Positions 1 to 14,934 are shown, numbered from the stretch's first letter. The stretch is DNA of 64,000 bases from Eledone cirrhosa (GCA_964016885.1 OZ024752.1:6076001-6140000); one strand, 5' to 3'. Program-made: numbers and translations. The notes: generated by a model not told the origin, from the letters alone.

Positions 1-29
1 CGTCTTGAAAAAGATCCCTCACATTTATT

Positions 30-420
30 CACGTTCGGATGGACATAGCCTTCACCAGAAGGTATTGATGTCACCCAGCGATGTCCTACGTTCATTAGTT
101 GTCTTGACTCTCAGCTGTATCACTCTCTCGTTGGTGGGTCAGCAATGGTGCCCATGGCTACCAGCTTATCTCGTCTCTCCTGTTCCAAAGCCAACATGAG
201 GCATTTTCTGCTGTCTCCCCACCCTGTGAACTACAGCCTTCTCTCTACCTGTCATTCCAATGGTATTCTCCATACTGAGTGAGCCGAGAATATCCTGTAG
301 CCCATCTCCACTGGAGATAGCCATACCTGCCATTCTGTCTCTCTACACAAGTTCTAGATATTTGGCACTCTTTCGCTCAAATTTGTAGAAGGCATCTCTC
401 CCTCTTTCACAAACCTGATA
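30..420 (-). mobile_element. Decayed Hero-like RLE non-LTR 3' fragment; tail copy at ~1950-2060
   Basis: Reverse strand FERKSAKYLELV..PVEMG..AENASCWLWNRR. Confidence 0.55.
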
Positions 421-1119
421 CTATTTGTTTCCTCCGTGTTAGGTGGTCCCTGCCTCTCTCTTGGTCCAGAGTGTTGGCCAGCACCATGAACACTTTATTG
501 TGGCACTCTGATAAAATGGTTGTCATATTGGGAAGCGTGTGGCAAGAATTTTTGGCTTGCGATCATAATGTCGTGGGTTTGATTCCTGGGCTGGGTTGTA
601 TGTTGTGTTCTTGAGCAAAACACTTCATTTCACGTTGTTCCAGTATACTCAGCTGAAAATGAGTACCAGTAATAGCTTGGGGTTTAACTCTGCAATGGGG
701 GGTAAATTTATTTCACTTTTTGAAGCAGTTTCACCCTCGCTATGTTCGTTCTATATGCACCACATATAAGGTTTGTTAGGTGTTTTAACGAAATGGTCCG
801 AATTACTCTCCAACACGACCCTTCAACACATCGACAACTATCAGTGTTCGGAGGGGTAGTTTCATACCATTTTCAGGGATGCTATCTGGGCTGTCCTTAA
901 GAAATTGTGTGTTTTTTCCACCGGAAGATGCTATTTGCTTTGCATTTCTCCGCTATGCTGGAAATAACCTTTGAGAATTTCAAAGATGGAGTGAGGCACT
1001 CTCGTGTTCAGGCTGGCATCCTATCCAGGGGAAGTTTCTTGTTATCGTATTTCTAATCAAATACACAGACCACATGTTCCAATTCATGTTGAAAATAAGC
1101 AATAAAATGTAGGGATTTA

Positions 1120-1312
1120 ATAATTGTTTCTACTTTTGGGGGCACAAGGCCAGCAATTACCCAGTGCATTACTGGTATTTTATTTTATCGACCCCGTAAG
1201 GATGAAAGGCAAAGTCAACCTCGGCGGGATTTGAACTCAGATCGTAAAGGGACGTAACTATGCTGGAAAGCATGGCGTCCGCCCCTCTACCGATACTGCC
1301 AATCCACCGCCT
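1120..1312 (-). mobile_element. tRNA-derived SINE, family 1
   Basis: A/B-box-like head, core ctttgcctttcatccttacggggtcgataaaataaa; TSD tgtagggatttaataat. Confidence 0.85.
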
Positions 1313-2982
1313 TCTGTAGGGATTTAATAATAAAATTCAACATGTTTCTTTTTATTCACAAATATATTTAGTGCATTTTTTTTAACTCTCCCCTCTTTTC
1401 CCTGTAACAACTCTGTTGTCTTTAGCAAATATTTTCGGTGGATTTAAATGCTTCTTTCCAGATTGAGATCAAAGACCGTAAATTGTTGATTCTATTCTTC
1501 AGCAGTGCTAAATATTTTTTTAACGATAGGATCCACAGTTCACTTACTCGATCCTCGCACACATATATGATAGGTAAGTCCTTAATTATAGTTACAGGCA
1601 AAATAATTGTGTTTTTGCTCATATAAACTCACATATCTGATGGGATGTTGGGCCCCTGATATACAGTATATTGTGGTTACTACTACATCTAAGTTTGGGT
1701 CTGTCTTTTAACATCCCAGATATATAGTATATTGTAATAGCTACCCCTCCATACGGCTCACAGTTACATCTAAGTATGGGTCTGTCTTTTAACGGCCTTG
1801 TTATAAAGTATATTGTGTTAGCTACACGCAGTTACATCTAATATAATGTTGCGTCTGAGACACGATCACTCGGCCCAACTTGCCTCTAAAGGCAGAAACA
1901 TGGAAGATAGACGTTAAACGATGATGATGATATATATAGGCATAATTATGTCCTTCGGTGGATATAGCCTTGGCCAGAAGGTGCTGATGTCACCCAGCCG
2001 TGTCTTCCGTCCATTGGGAGTTTTCACCCTCCCCCTAGTGGGTCAGCAGTGGTGGCCAAATTATTACCTGTTTTAATACATTGCGAATATAATAAAATTT
2101 AATATGTATCTAGTATAGTTTTAAAATTGTTCGTACTTCTTACTGGGGTAATTGCTTTGTCTTTATCAAATTCTTCTGTCGACTATTTCTCCCCATCACT
2201 GTGTGGTTGTCTTCCTCTCAAGATCTAACTCAGGCCCACTTAGCGATCGAACGAACGTGGGGGACTTTTACAATCTTTCCGAGGTACAAACAATAAGTCC
2301 AGCTATGTTTTAAACCCTTTTTCTCCCATTCTATACACCTAAGTTTTGTTTTCATCTTAGTAGTCCAAGAACAGAGATGAGAGAAAGATCGTTAGAAAGT
2401 TCTGGAGACTCATTAGGTCAGTTTCCATTGCAGTCTGCTTGACGTTAACTGAAAATACAAGAATTCCCCTGGATAGGACGGCATTCCATGACAGGGTTAA
2501 AGTCTGTCTCAAACCCAGAGGTTCATTAGGAAGGAATGTTTCAGGACTCTGCCCCCACGACCCTCAGGAATAAGTAAGCGAAGGAGAATCTCACGCCAGC
2601 AGAAAATAATGTAGTACGTTAAGCAATCACACTGGAATCAAATTTAAACAATTAAGCAATTATAAACGAAAGACAGCACAAATTTTATTTTCATTTTGCA
2701 ATGAGTCACGTATTTAAACATTAAAACGACAGCTTTCTATAGCTGAGACAAGGGGCATAAGTCTCTAGGATGTAAGGGAAGTAACCCACATCTGACATAG
2801 ACTTCGATTTCGATGATGAGTGTTCCAGTTGTTCGATCCCAGACTGAGTAAACCACAGAAACCTGTACCCTTAAGGTAATAACAATGTGTGACAAGTCTG
2901 GCCCTTTGAACTACTGGCACAGTCCATCTTAGGGGCTTTCATTTACCCATCTTCATTCACAAGGTTTGGGTCGATTCGATAC

Positions 2983-4584
2983 CAGCGCTGCCGAAGTTGG
3001 TACTATTTCTCCTTAATTTGACTTTTCTGTGCGTTTGGTACCACGTCCGAATTTTTTGGTACGTTTTAGAGATTCTACTCGTTTTGCAAATTTGGCTGAA
3101 TTGATGTTCTGAAATCACCATTTAATGATTTACCAATCATCAGCTATAACGACTTTTACGTCGAGAAGCTACGCATTCGATGTATTTGCCCGTCAGATCT
3201 CGACATCAATAACTCTTCTGTGTAGTATTGCAAATCAGCCAACTATCTTCTGTATTATCCTAGTACTCAATAATAAACTTCTTGTGACTCTAAACTCCGC
3301 CAGTTGCAGACTGCGCATCAACATGTGATATCTCTCTTCACAAAGTTCGATCACCAGCAGCAGAGTTCAAAAAGCAAAGATCAAGTCAACTCCATAAGTT
3401 GAAATTATCAAGCCATCGTTTTGGCTGCCAGCCTCTGCTTCGCCTACCAGCCAACCTTCTTTCCAGGCATAACCTACTCACACCACGAGTTGATCTTTTT
3501 ATATGACCGTATAGTTTGAGTATCAGTGAGCTGCTCAACATTATCAAACTTAGATCAATTACATCTATTGTCAAGTCAAGAGTATTCAACCTGAGAAATA
3601 TAGATTTCTTGTTTCTCAAGAAAAATGTGCTGACATATATAACTACTCATTACTATCTAAATTCATGAGCAACTCACATTCAGCAGCAGCTGCTGAGTTT
3701 TCTCCCTTCTCAACAACATAACAACTGGCAATGATTGGAAAATATCAACATTTAATGGTTCTTTTATATAGGCACAAGGCCTGCAATTTGGGAGGAGGGG
3801 AAAGTCGATTAACTCGACCCCAGTGCGTGACTGGTACTTTATTTTATCGACCGCGTAAGGATGAAAGGCAAAGTTAACCTCGGCGGGATTTGAACTCAGA
3901 TCATAAAGGGCCGTAACTCTAGGCTGCAAAGCATGGCGTCCGAACCTCTACCGATACTGCCAATCCACCGCCCTTGGAAAATATCAACATTTAATGTTCT
4001 GCTAAGATCAAAGTCTCTGCTATAAAATGTTGACTACTTTAAGTGACATCCACAACAGCAACTTTGTCTTAAACTACAAGAAACTGGTACAGCAAGAAAA
4101 ATGTGGAAGAAGACATTTCTTTTTAATTAAAATAAAGTAAATGTCAAATATTTTTTTTTTTTTTTTTTTTTTTTACAACCGTCACCACCAAGTTGTCATG
4201 TTGTGAGACAAGTCAGGTCAGGTGACCATGTATTGCTCATACAGAACTGTTTCTGGCTTGGTTTCTACAGCTGGATTCCCTTCCTGACACCAACCACATT
4301 TACAGTGTGGACTGGGTACTTTTGTCATGGCACCAACACGACCACTTTACTATGTGGACTGATGGCTGGGGTGGGGCAGGTGCATGTATGTAGGGTGGGG
4401 ATTGGAGAGGTAGGTCTAGGGTGGGGCACTTAGCTGGTGAAGGGGGGAGTGTTATGACGGGTGAGGTGTATGGATGGGGGTAATTAAATTTGGTAGGTTT
4501 TTGGTATATTTTGGTAGTTTTTAAACAAATTTTCTGGTAGTATTGAGTAAAAGGTTTCGGCAGTAAAAGGTTTCGGCAGCCCTG
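2983..4584. mobile_element. Decayed DNA transposon (hAT-like termini) with nested SINE
   Basis: Imperfect TIR cagcgctgccgaa / ttcggcagccctg, subterminal ttggta repeats at both ends, stop-ridden coding-like interior; no clear TSD. Confidence 0.45.
3758..3973 (-). mobile_element. tRNA-derived SINE, family 1
   Basis: Full copy with ~23-bp TSD ttggaaaatatcaacatttaatg. Confidence 0.85.
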
Positions 4585-4659
4585 CTACCGCCATTACAGC
4601 ATGGATTAAGATGAGGCTGACCTACCAATATACATATTTATTTATCCTCCCCCCTCTCC

Positions 4660-4860
4660 TACTACTACTACTACATAAAACATGGTAAAACCTTTCTATC
4701 TCATTCGATCAAGCATTAACTGCTTCAGTTCTTCACCAGATAATCCCGTATCTTCCTCAATGACTCTCTTTAATATCTGGAGGGGTCTTCCGCGTTTGTC
4801 TTTCACATCAGTGAGCTCCCATAGTAAGAAACAGGACTAGATGCCATGTAATGGGATTGA
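4660..4860 (-). mobile_element. RTE LINE 3' fragment
   Basis: Reverse strand W..KRGRP..IEEDTGL..LMLDR. Confidence 0.6.
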
Positions 4861-5712
4861 CCCTAGAACTTAAAGGTTGCGAAGTGAACTTAAACATTCG
4901 GCCATGCTGCATATAAATATAGGAACAGAAAACATTGTGGTAGACGTTTTAAGGTACCGAAGTAAGAGAGGGTGTTGGATTGACTCAGGAGAGAGTGTTG
5001 CACTGACCACTGAAATATTTTACGTGGTAGAGAAATGCGTATCTCATGACTGTACTGGCTACATGGTAGAGACACCACCTACCAGTGAATAGGGTCCCCT
5101 TGTGATGTTTGCTCATCTTGACCCTCTCGTGTCTATAGTTGTTGAGTATGGCTTGCCAAGTACTACGGCTTGAAAGTCCTCTGATAATAATTGTTTCTAC
5201 TTTGGGCACAAGGCCAGCAATTACCCCAGTGTATCACTGGTAGTTTATTTTATCGACCCCCGTAAGGATGAAAGGCAAAGTTAACCTCTGATAATAAAGT
5301 GCCTCTCTGAGGTCTACATCTGATGTGATTGCCTAGTTAGCCTTAACGGTAACACCAGACCCCTGAGTCTGTTAGTGGTATGTGTATTTAATATGTAGAA
5401 CATTCTTGTGATAGTAATGCAGCTGAGATGTGCGCCCTAGGTAGCTGCCTAGTTAGCCTTAATGATATCACCAGGCCTGTTAGTGGCATGTGTATTTAAT
5501 ATGCAGAACATTCTTGTGAAGCATATATGCAGTAATCTATAATGTGATCGGTTATATGAGTGACACAGGATACCATAGATATGAGGTTCAACTCCCAGGA
5601 AAAGGCAGATATTTCTCTCTGATATTATTATAGCTTGAGGTCAATTACAGTTTAATCTTAGTCATTAATTACACACACATACAAACACACACATACATAC
5701 ACACACACACAT

Positions 5713-5761
<49 letters not shown>

Positions 5762-5827
5762 TACAAACACACACACACATACACACATATATATATATAC
5801 ACTCACACACATATATATACACACATC

Positions 5828-5859
<32 letters not shown>

Positions 5860-5900
5860 TATACACTCACACACACACACATATATACACACATATACAT

Positions 5901-5949
<49 letters not shown>

Positions 5950-5978
5950 TATACACTCACACACACACACATATATAT

Positions 5979-6025
<47 letters not shown>

Positions 6026-6165
6026 TATATATATATACTCACACACACACATATATATATATATATACACACACATATACATACACACACACACATATAT
6101 ATATATACACACACATATATATATATACATACACACACACACACACATATATATAAATATACACT

Positions 6166-6253
<88 letters not shown>

Positions 6254-6812
6254 TACACACGCACATATATATATATATACACACACACACATATATATAT
6301 ATTTATACATCAACAGATATCACGCATGTGTAGGTGTGTGTGTGTATATGTATATAAATGTAGGAATATATATATGTGTGTATATGTATATGCATATATA
6401 TGTATGAATATATGTGTGAGTGTGTATGTATGTGTAGGAATGTGTGTATGTATATATATGTAGGAATGTGTGTGTGTGTGTGTATGTGTGTGTGAGTTGG
6501 TCCCATAGCTTCAGTTATTTATGGTTTCTGTGCCAAAAGTGAACCACCCACCAGGGGGCGGAGTTAGGCAACTTTCTACCTCCGTATTTAGCAAGGCTAC
6601 CAGGATATTGAATAACCCTCCGCCTTCCTCCCTCCCCCCTAGCGCCTTCCTCTTCCTGTTACCCACACTCCAGCTACCACTGTACAATCTTGTTATGGTT
6701 TCCTCTTCCTCCTATAGTGTGTGGGGGTGGGGTGCAGACAGACAGACAGACAGACAGACACACAGCTATATATATAGACAGATATATACATACATACAAT
6801 CATACATTCATA

Positions 6813-6851
<39 letters not shown>

Positions 6852-7391
6852 TGCATGTATATAATAGTTATGTTACAGTGTGTATATAATATTATATATG
6901 TGGGTATTTATTATTAGTGACAAAAAAAGGAAGAATTGGGAAATGAAAAAATGTTTATAACATTTACACACACATGCATATAACATATATATATACACTA
7001 CATATATATATATATACCCTACACATATATACACTACACATATATATATATATACACTACACATATATACACTACACATATATATAAATAAATTTGAGAG
7101 TGTGTATGTGAATGTATGTGTATGTATGTATGTATGTGCGTGTGTGTGTGTATGTGTGTATGTCACTTCTCTCTCTCTCTCACATGTATATCTTCTCTTT
7201 TCCTCTTCCTCATTTAAGTTGTTAACCTTGGACTTTTATTATTTTAAATATTAATGCTCTACTACCTCAACAACAACAACAAACAAAGACTTATTCGTCT
7301 GTTTTAAACTCCTTACAAGCAGACGATATTAGGGTGTAGAGAGCTTCTCTCATCTTACCAATAATTATAGTGGAATACTCCCCTATAATCA

Positions 7392-7502
<111 letters not shown>

Positions 7503-7649
7503 ACAAATGCACGCACACACATTTTTATATATTATTTTCCGCTGAGGTTGACTTTGCCTTTCATCCTTACGGGGTCGATAAAATAAAGTACCAGTAATGC
7601 ACTGGGTAATTGCTGGCCTTGTGCCTAAAGTAGAAACAATTATTTTTAT

Positions 7650-7717
<68 letters not shown>

Positions 7718-7957
7718 GTAAAATGATGATATATATATATATATATATAAATATATATATAAGCTAAGGCCGAAACACTCGTTGAGGGGAGGGGGGGTCT
7801 CTTCTCTGAAGACCTTCTGTTGTCCAACCCTATGGGAGTTTCTTACTACTACTACTATATATATATATATATACATTAAATAAGAGAGAGGGTTTTAATC
7901 GTGTGTGTGTAATAATAAATATGAAGACTAAAATCCGAAGGGGGCTCGATAAGGATT

Positions 7958-8104
7958 ACATACATACATACATATACATACATACATATATATATACATA
8001 CATATATATATATACATACATATATATATACATACATATATATATATACATACATACATACATGCATACATACATATATATATATACATACATACATACA
8101 TGCA

Positions 8105-8138
<34 letters not shown>

Positions 8139-8200
8139 CATATATATATACATACATACATACATGCATACATACATACATACATACATACATACATACA

Positions 8201-8246
<46 letters not shown>

Positions 8247-8796
8247 CATACATACATACATGCATACATACATACATACATACATACATACATACATACA
8301 TACGTACATACATACATACATACATACATTCATACATACATACATTCATACATACATACATACATATATATATACATACATATATATATATATATATACA
8401 TACATACATACATGCATACATACATACATACATACATACATACATACATACATACATACATACATACATTACATACATACATACACTCACACACATACAT
8501 ACATACATACATACATACAAACATACATACATACATACATACATTACATACATACATACATACATACATACACTCACACACATACATACATACATACATA
8601 CATACATACATACATACATACATTCATACATACATACATACATACATACATACATACATGCATGCATGCATGCATGCATGCATGCATGCATGCATACATA
8701 CATACATACATACATACATACATACATACATACATACATACATACATACATACATACATACATACATACATACATACATACATTCATACATACATA
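7958..8796. repeat. (TACA)n microsatellite block
   Basis: Direct reading; abuts the R4 element. Confidence 0.95.
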
Positions 8797-9715
8797 AATC
8801 TCTCACCCAGAGAAATCGGAACATCCTATTCAATGTTCAAACAAGATGAAAAATTGACCAATTTGCAGAAAAAGTTGTGCATGGATACTTGAGACGTAAA
8901 ACACAGACCATAGAGGGGATAAACCACTCAAAAAGCCTGGCATGGAGTTTCGCAAGTTTATGACATCACACCTTGAGGGATATCTCTATGCAATACAGGA
9001 ACAAGAACTCCCTACCAAATATCTGCTGCACAAAAGGGGAGGGCCATCAGCTGACAATAAATGTAGGCTATGTAAAACAAAGATCGAAGATGTAAGCCAC
9101 ATTGTTGCCAGCTGCGAAAGAATGTCATCTCGCTACTACCTCCCCATGAGACACGATGGGATAGCTAGAACCATCTGGAACGCACTTCGGAAAACAAAAT
9201 TAACAACAAACGAGGAAGAATATATTGAGACAGATGGCACTAAGGAATACTGGTGGAACCTGAAAATAAAAACTGCCACCAAATTAATACACAACCGGCC
9301 TGATATTGTTGTTTGGGACCACACATTGAAAACGTGTTCTGTTGTGCAGATCAGCTGCCCACTTGATGTAAACGTTGTCAGAAAAATACAGGAGAAGGAG
9401 GACATCTACGGACCATTGATGAGGAGTTTACAAATCCAGTATTCAAGATACACCTTTATCTTCATACCCATCATTATTGGAGCTACGGGTTATATACCAA
9501 CCCGCTTGGACCAAAGTATGACTGAACTTGGATTTGCTGACAAAGAGCGCAGCTCCCTAATTCATAGTCTACAAATGGCTGCGATAGCTGGCACCTTCAA
9601 AATTTGCAAAACATTCTTGCGATTCAAGGGATGACAATTTCTTTTCTTTTACAACCTTGCCACCAGGAAGGTGGCCGGTCAAAAAAATATACTCGAAATT
9701 AAGAGAAAGAGATAA
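8797..9715 (+). mobile_element. 5'-truncated R4/Dong-clade non-LTR retrotransposon (CCHC knuckle + restriction-like endonuclease); ORF 8942-9634
   Basis: AIQEQEL..CRLC..EDVSHIVASC..RHD..WWN..NRPDIVVWD..ISCP..IPIIIGATG; (TACA)n on both sides. Confidence 0.85.
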
Positions 9716-9770
9716 CATACATACATACATACATACATACATACATACATACATACATACATACATACAT

Positions 9771-10400
9771 AATGAAAGAGTACTGGTGGAATGTTCCAGT
9801 AAAAAACCCAATAAAATGCAGGCCTAACAGACCAGATATTATGATATGGGACAGGGAGAAGAAAGCATGCACAGTAGTGGAAATTAGCTGCCCAGCAGAT
9901 GCCAATATAATATCAAATATTAGTGAAAAGGAGAATATTTATGCAGAACTGATGAGAAATCTGCAGATACTCCACCCTGATTAGACCTTCAGATTTATGC
10001 CTGTGGTTATTGGGGCACTGGGGTATGTTAGTAACTGACTCAATACAAATCTTGAGAAGCTAGGCTTCATAGGAACAGAAAGATCACAACTAGTTAGGAA
10101 ATTACAAGTACAATCCATTAATGGAACAGTAAAAATATGTAAAACATTCCAAAAATGTTGCATCTAATAACTGCATATACACATGTACAGATGCAAAGCA
10201 TATACACATGCACACATACAACTCAAAACATACACATCCACACATACAATAACATCCATATCTACACATGCATACATATCTACCTAGTTGATGTTGTGTA
10301 AATTCCAATGAGAGTCTTGTGTCTATGTTAGAAACCGACTCTCTCTCTATTGGTAAAACTTTGTGAAATTATAAAACCAGAAGAACATACATATATACAT
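9771..10400 (+). mobile_element. Second, divergent 5'-truncated R4/Dong-like fragment with in-frame stops
   Basis: EYWWNVPV..NRPDIMIWDREKK..VEISCP..PVVIGALG..GTVKICKTF; starts directly after (TACA)n. Confidence 0.8.
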
Positions 10401-10454
10401 ACATATATATATACATACATACATTTATACATACATACATACATACAAACTTTG

Positions 10455-10512
10455 TATTTATCTGATGAGAACGTACCAAAGTTTTGGTACCCTTGAAATA
10501 TATATAATAGAA
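10455..10512 (+). ncRNA. Minimal type I hammerhead ribozyme motif in a Penelope-like terminal module
   Basis: CTGATGA(10462)-gtaccaaa/tttggtac hairpin-GAAA-tatata-TA; stem I tttat/ataga. Confidence 0.65.
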
Positions 10513-10645
10513 TAAATATGCTTTTATAAATATAGTTGCCATTTATTAATATCATTGATATTATACTCCAGAAAATCTGTCGAGTGCTTCGAATCTGTTA
10601 TAAATATATTTGTTGAATTACCAGCAAATTAAATATCTCTTTGCT

Positions 10646-10880
<235 letters not shown>

Positions 10881-10951
10881 TATATATATAGTATGAAGGT
10901 GTGAGATAATAACCTATATATATATTATTTCTGTTTACCTTTTACATACAA

Positions 10952-10996
<45 letters not shown>

Positions 10997-12130
10997 CTTA
11001 TACACACCTTCATAATATATATAAATGTGTGTGTATGTATGTGTGGGTGTGTGTGTGTGTAAGGACAAGAAATAGCAATCAACGCACACACGTGGATGTA
11101 TGTGTGTACAAATACACACACATACACACACATATATACATATATATATATATATTATGAAGGTGTATATAAGTATATATGAGAGAGAGAAAGGAAGGGA
11201 GGGAGAAGGGGAAGGGAGGGAGAGAGAGAGAGAGAAAGGAAGGAAGAGGTGAGAGAGAGAGAGGGAGAGAGAGAGAGAGAGGAGTGTTATGAGAATAGAA
11301 GAACGGTGATGTAAGAAGTTTGAAAGAAGTGGCTGTCCTTTCGTTATTTTATCCTTTCACTATTTATGGCGTTAAGTGAGGGAAGAGAGAGAGAGAAATG
11401 GTGGGTATCAAATGGTTGACGAGTGAGAGAGAGAGGGGTGGCGGAGAGGGGCATAGAGAGAGGGGCAGAGAGGGGGAGAGACAGGCAGAGAGATAGAGAG
11501 AGAGTGTGCGTGTGTGTGTATGTGTGTGAGAGAGAGATAGAGAGAGAGAGAGAGTGTGTGTATGTATGTGTGTGAGAGAGAGTGTGTGTGTGTATGTGTG
11601 TGAGAGAGAGAGAGTGTGTGTGTGTGTGTGTGAGAGTGTATGTGTGTGTATGTTGTTGTTGTTGTTGTTGTCATGACTATAACTGGAGAGATAAACACAT
11701 TCTCTAGAAATGAACAAGAAATGGATGAAGCAGCCGACAACTTTATAAATGTCTTTCTCGAATATGATTGGTTGATTCCGGAGGTGTGTCATGTAACACC
11801 CTCCTCCTTCTCTCATCTCCTACTCTCTCTCTATTACACTCTATAATCTCTCACACTCTCTTTCTCTTACACTCGCCAATCACCCTTTCTTTCTCTTACT
11901 CTCTCACCTGTTACCCTCTCTTTCTTTCTCTCTATCACCAATCACGCTTTCTTTCTCATACTCTCTCACCTGTCACCCTCTCTTCTTCTTACACTCTCTA
12001 TTACTCCCTCTCTCTACCCCCACACCCTCTCTCCTTTCATTCTCTCTATGTCGCTAGTATGCTATATATGTTTATATATGTTTATATATGTGTATGTATG
12101 TATGTATGTATGTATGTATGTATGTATGTA

Positions 12131-12166
<36 letters not shown>

Positions 12167-12282
12167 TGTATGTATGTATGTATGTATGTATGTATGTATG
12201 TATGTATGTATGTATGCATGTATGTGTGTGAGTGTATGTATGTATCTATGTATGTATGTATGTATGTATGTATGTATGTATG

Positions 12283-12920
12283 TCAGGTCACCAGTTGGTG
12301 CTACTGGTAACATGTATCCCAGTACAACCTGTCTCATGGTCGGGTCGTTGGCGACTAAACTGGCAACCCCACCAAGGTTTCTTGGTGAGGAGGGTGACTT
12401 TGGACATCCTGCAGGACTAAAAACAAAACCTGTCAAAGGGCAAAGGAGCTCTTAAGAGTCAATGGCCATCCAAAATCACCGGGAGAGATGACCCCTTTAG
12501 CCTTAGTCAAGGCAGAATTCTAGGAGAAGGAAAACTCTGATATAACACCTGCAACCCTGATGGTATCCAATGATGTTGACTTGTTCTTCTTTTTGGTAAA
12601 TAGCATCTTGGTTAAGAGAGTGGGACTGGCTTTGTGCAGTGCCTTTGCTCACTATAAAAGCTTCACGGCACAGGCATTGCTTTATATCTGGAGATCTCTC
12701 TGCACTTGTCCTCACATGGGCCCAGCACTATGTGTCAATAATTGTCCTACCATGGGCCTAGCACTATGTGTCAATGATTGTCACAGGTGTAGTGTTTGTA
12801 CCAGAGGTTTCAAGTCGCTGGCTGGACTAAAAAGTCACACTCGTTCAGCGCTTCGGTAGGGGTTATCCTACATGGATGTAAAGTAGTGGCCGTACTCGAA
12901 AACGAGTTGGCAGCCACCAT
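12283..12920 (+). mobile_element. Internally deleted RTE-like element in (TATG)n; 3' end repeated at 14660-14905, 5' piece inverted at ~47910-47960
   Basis: C-terminal zinc-finger-like CSVCTRGFKSLAGLKSH; both copies end in gagttggcagccaccat followed by (GTAT)n. Confidence 0.55.
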
Positions 12921-13414
12921 GTATGTATGTATGTATGTATGTATGTGTGTGAGTGTATGTATGTAATGTATGTGTGTGAGTGTATGTATGTATCTATGTA
13001 TGTATGTATGTATGTATGTATGTGTGTGAGTGTATGTATGTATCTATGTATGTATGTATGTATGTATGTATGTATGTATGTATGTATGTATGTGTGTGAG
13101 TGTATGTATGTATGTATGTATGTATGTATGTATGTATGTATGTATGTATGTATGTGTGTGTGTGTGTGTGAGTGTATGTATGTATGTATGTATGTATGTG
13201 TGTGAGTGTATGTATGTAATGTATGTATGTATGTGTGTGAGTGTACGTATGTATGTATGTAAGTGTACGTATGTATGTAATGTATGTGAGTGTACGTATG
13301 TATGTATGTAATGTATGTGTATCTGATGATTCAGGATCAGACACTTATTATATTAATCTCTTTTAGTCGAACTGCTACGTTACGCGACAAACAGACACCC
13401 GTATGTGTACATGC

Positions 13415-13482
<68 letters not shown>

Positions 13483-13512
13483 AGATCGAAAGATGGTTAA
13501 AAGAGTTCCAAG

Positions 13513-13583
13513 TATTTTATTATGTGCATTTCAAAAACAAATATCATCCTGGGATGATATCTGCGTTTTCATCAGATAAAATA
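13513..13583 (-). ncRNA. Minimal hammerhead motif, inverted partner of 13708-13778
   Basis: Near-exact reverse complement of the + copy; stem III tgcaca instead of tgcgca. Confidence 0.7.
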
Positions 13584-13707
13584 GGGATACATGATATGAA
13601 GCTTAAAAAACACTTGTGAATAGTGAAGTTTTAAATCAACAAATTGATATGTTGATTTAAAACTTCACTATTCACAAGTGTTTTTTAAGCTTCATATCAT
13701 GTGTCCC

Positions 13708-13778
13708 TATTTTATCTGATGAAAACGCAGATATCATCCCAGGATGATATTTGTTTTTGAAATGCGCATAATAAAATA
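13708..13778 (+). ncRNA. Minimal type I hammerhead ribozyme
   Basis: tattttat-CTGATGA-stem II (atatcatc ccag gatgatat)-GAAA-tgcgca-TA-ataaaata; 8-bp stem I and palindromic stem III ATGCGCAT. Confidence 0.8.
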
Positions 13779-13902
13779 CTTGGAACTCTTTTAACCATCT
13801 TTCGATCTTATATTATTTATACTCCAGTCCTACAAACTGTAGAGTGCTACTTATCCGATATTTGCATTGCTTTATTGTGCTACAATAAAACTCACCTCGT
13901 AC

Positions 13903-13957
<55 letters not shown>

Positions 13958-14184
13958 CCATACATATTGAAGAAGGTGTTTTAAATACAGTGTACATAAA
14001 AACTTGTTATATTTCGGGAGGGTCATGTTGTTACAATATTACCAGAAATATATAATAAAATACACTCACTTAAAACATTCAAACCTTAACTGAATGAGCA
14101 CTCAATACACGTAGACAGAGTGTAAAATTTAATTTCTGAAGGAAAAGAAATGACAGTGACTGTTCGGTGTTGATGCCGTCAAAA

Positions 14185-14275
<91 letters not shown>

Positions 14276-14573
14276 GGATACTTAGTAAAATCGAATCTCT
14301 GGCGGTTTGCAAGCAAATTCGGCCTACTATATGAAATAATGAATTAGCAAAGCACTCGATAAGGTAGGTCCTTAGAGTAATAACATACGTTTAAATAGCT
14401 TGACAAATCGAACATTGTGGTAGGCAAAATCTAACACACAATATACCAAAGTAACGAAAGAACTAACAGGTTGAGAAAAATATACCTGGACAAATCAAAC
14501 GATTATACGTTTAAAGTGTTTCTATGAATCCGAAATCAAATATCAGACTTACGTGACTGGCAAGCTCGTGGTA

Positions 14574-14645
<72 letters not shown>

Positions 14646-14901
14646 TGTATGTATGTATGTAGTGCCTTTGCTCACTATAAAAGCTTCACGGCACAGGCAT
14701 TGCTTTATATCTGCGGATCCCCCTGCACTTGTCGTCACATGGTACCATGGGCCCAGCACTATGTGTCAATAATTGTCACAGGTGTAGTGTTTGTACCAGA
14801 GTTTTCAAGTCGCTGGCTGGACTAAAATGTCACACTCGTTCAGCGCACTCGTACATGGATATAAAGTAGTGGCCATACTCGAAAACGAGTTGGCAGCCAC
14901 C

Positions 14902-14934
<33 letters not shown>

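Larger units (their letters stand above)
13476..13905 (+). mobile_element. Penelope-like terminal module: ~165-bp inverted arms (13476-13816) plus unique 3' tail
   Basis: Near-perfect palindrome with short loop near 13645; tail tactccag..ctgtagagtgct resembles the 10565 and 34431 tails; (TA)n flanks. Confidence 0.7.

Noticed and set aside
7760-7820. Possible type II hammerhead (GAAAC..GTT..CTGAAGA)
   Set aside because: Stems I and II do not pair in register.
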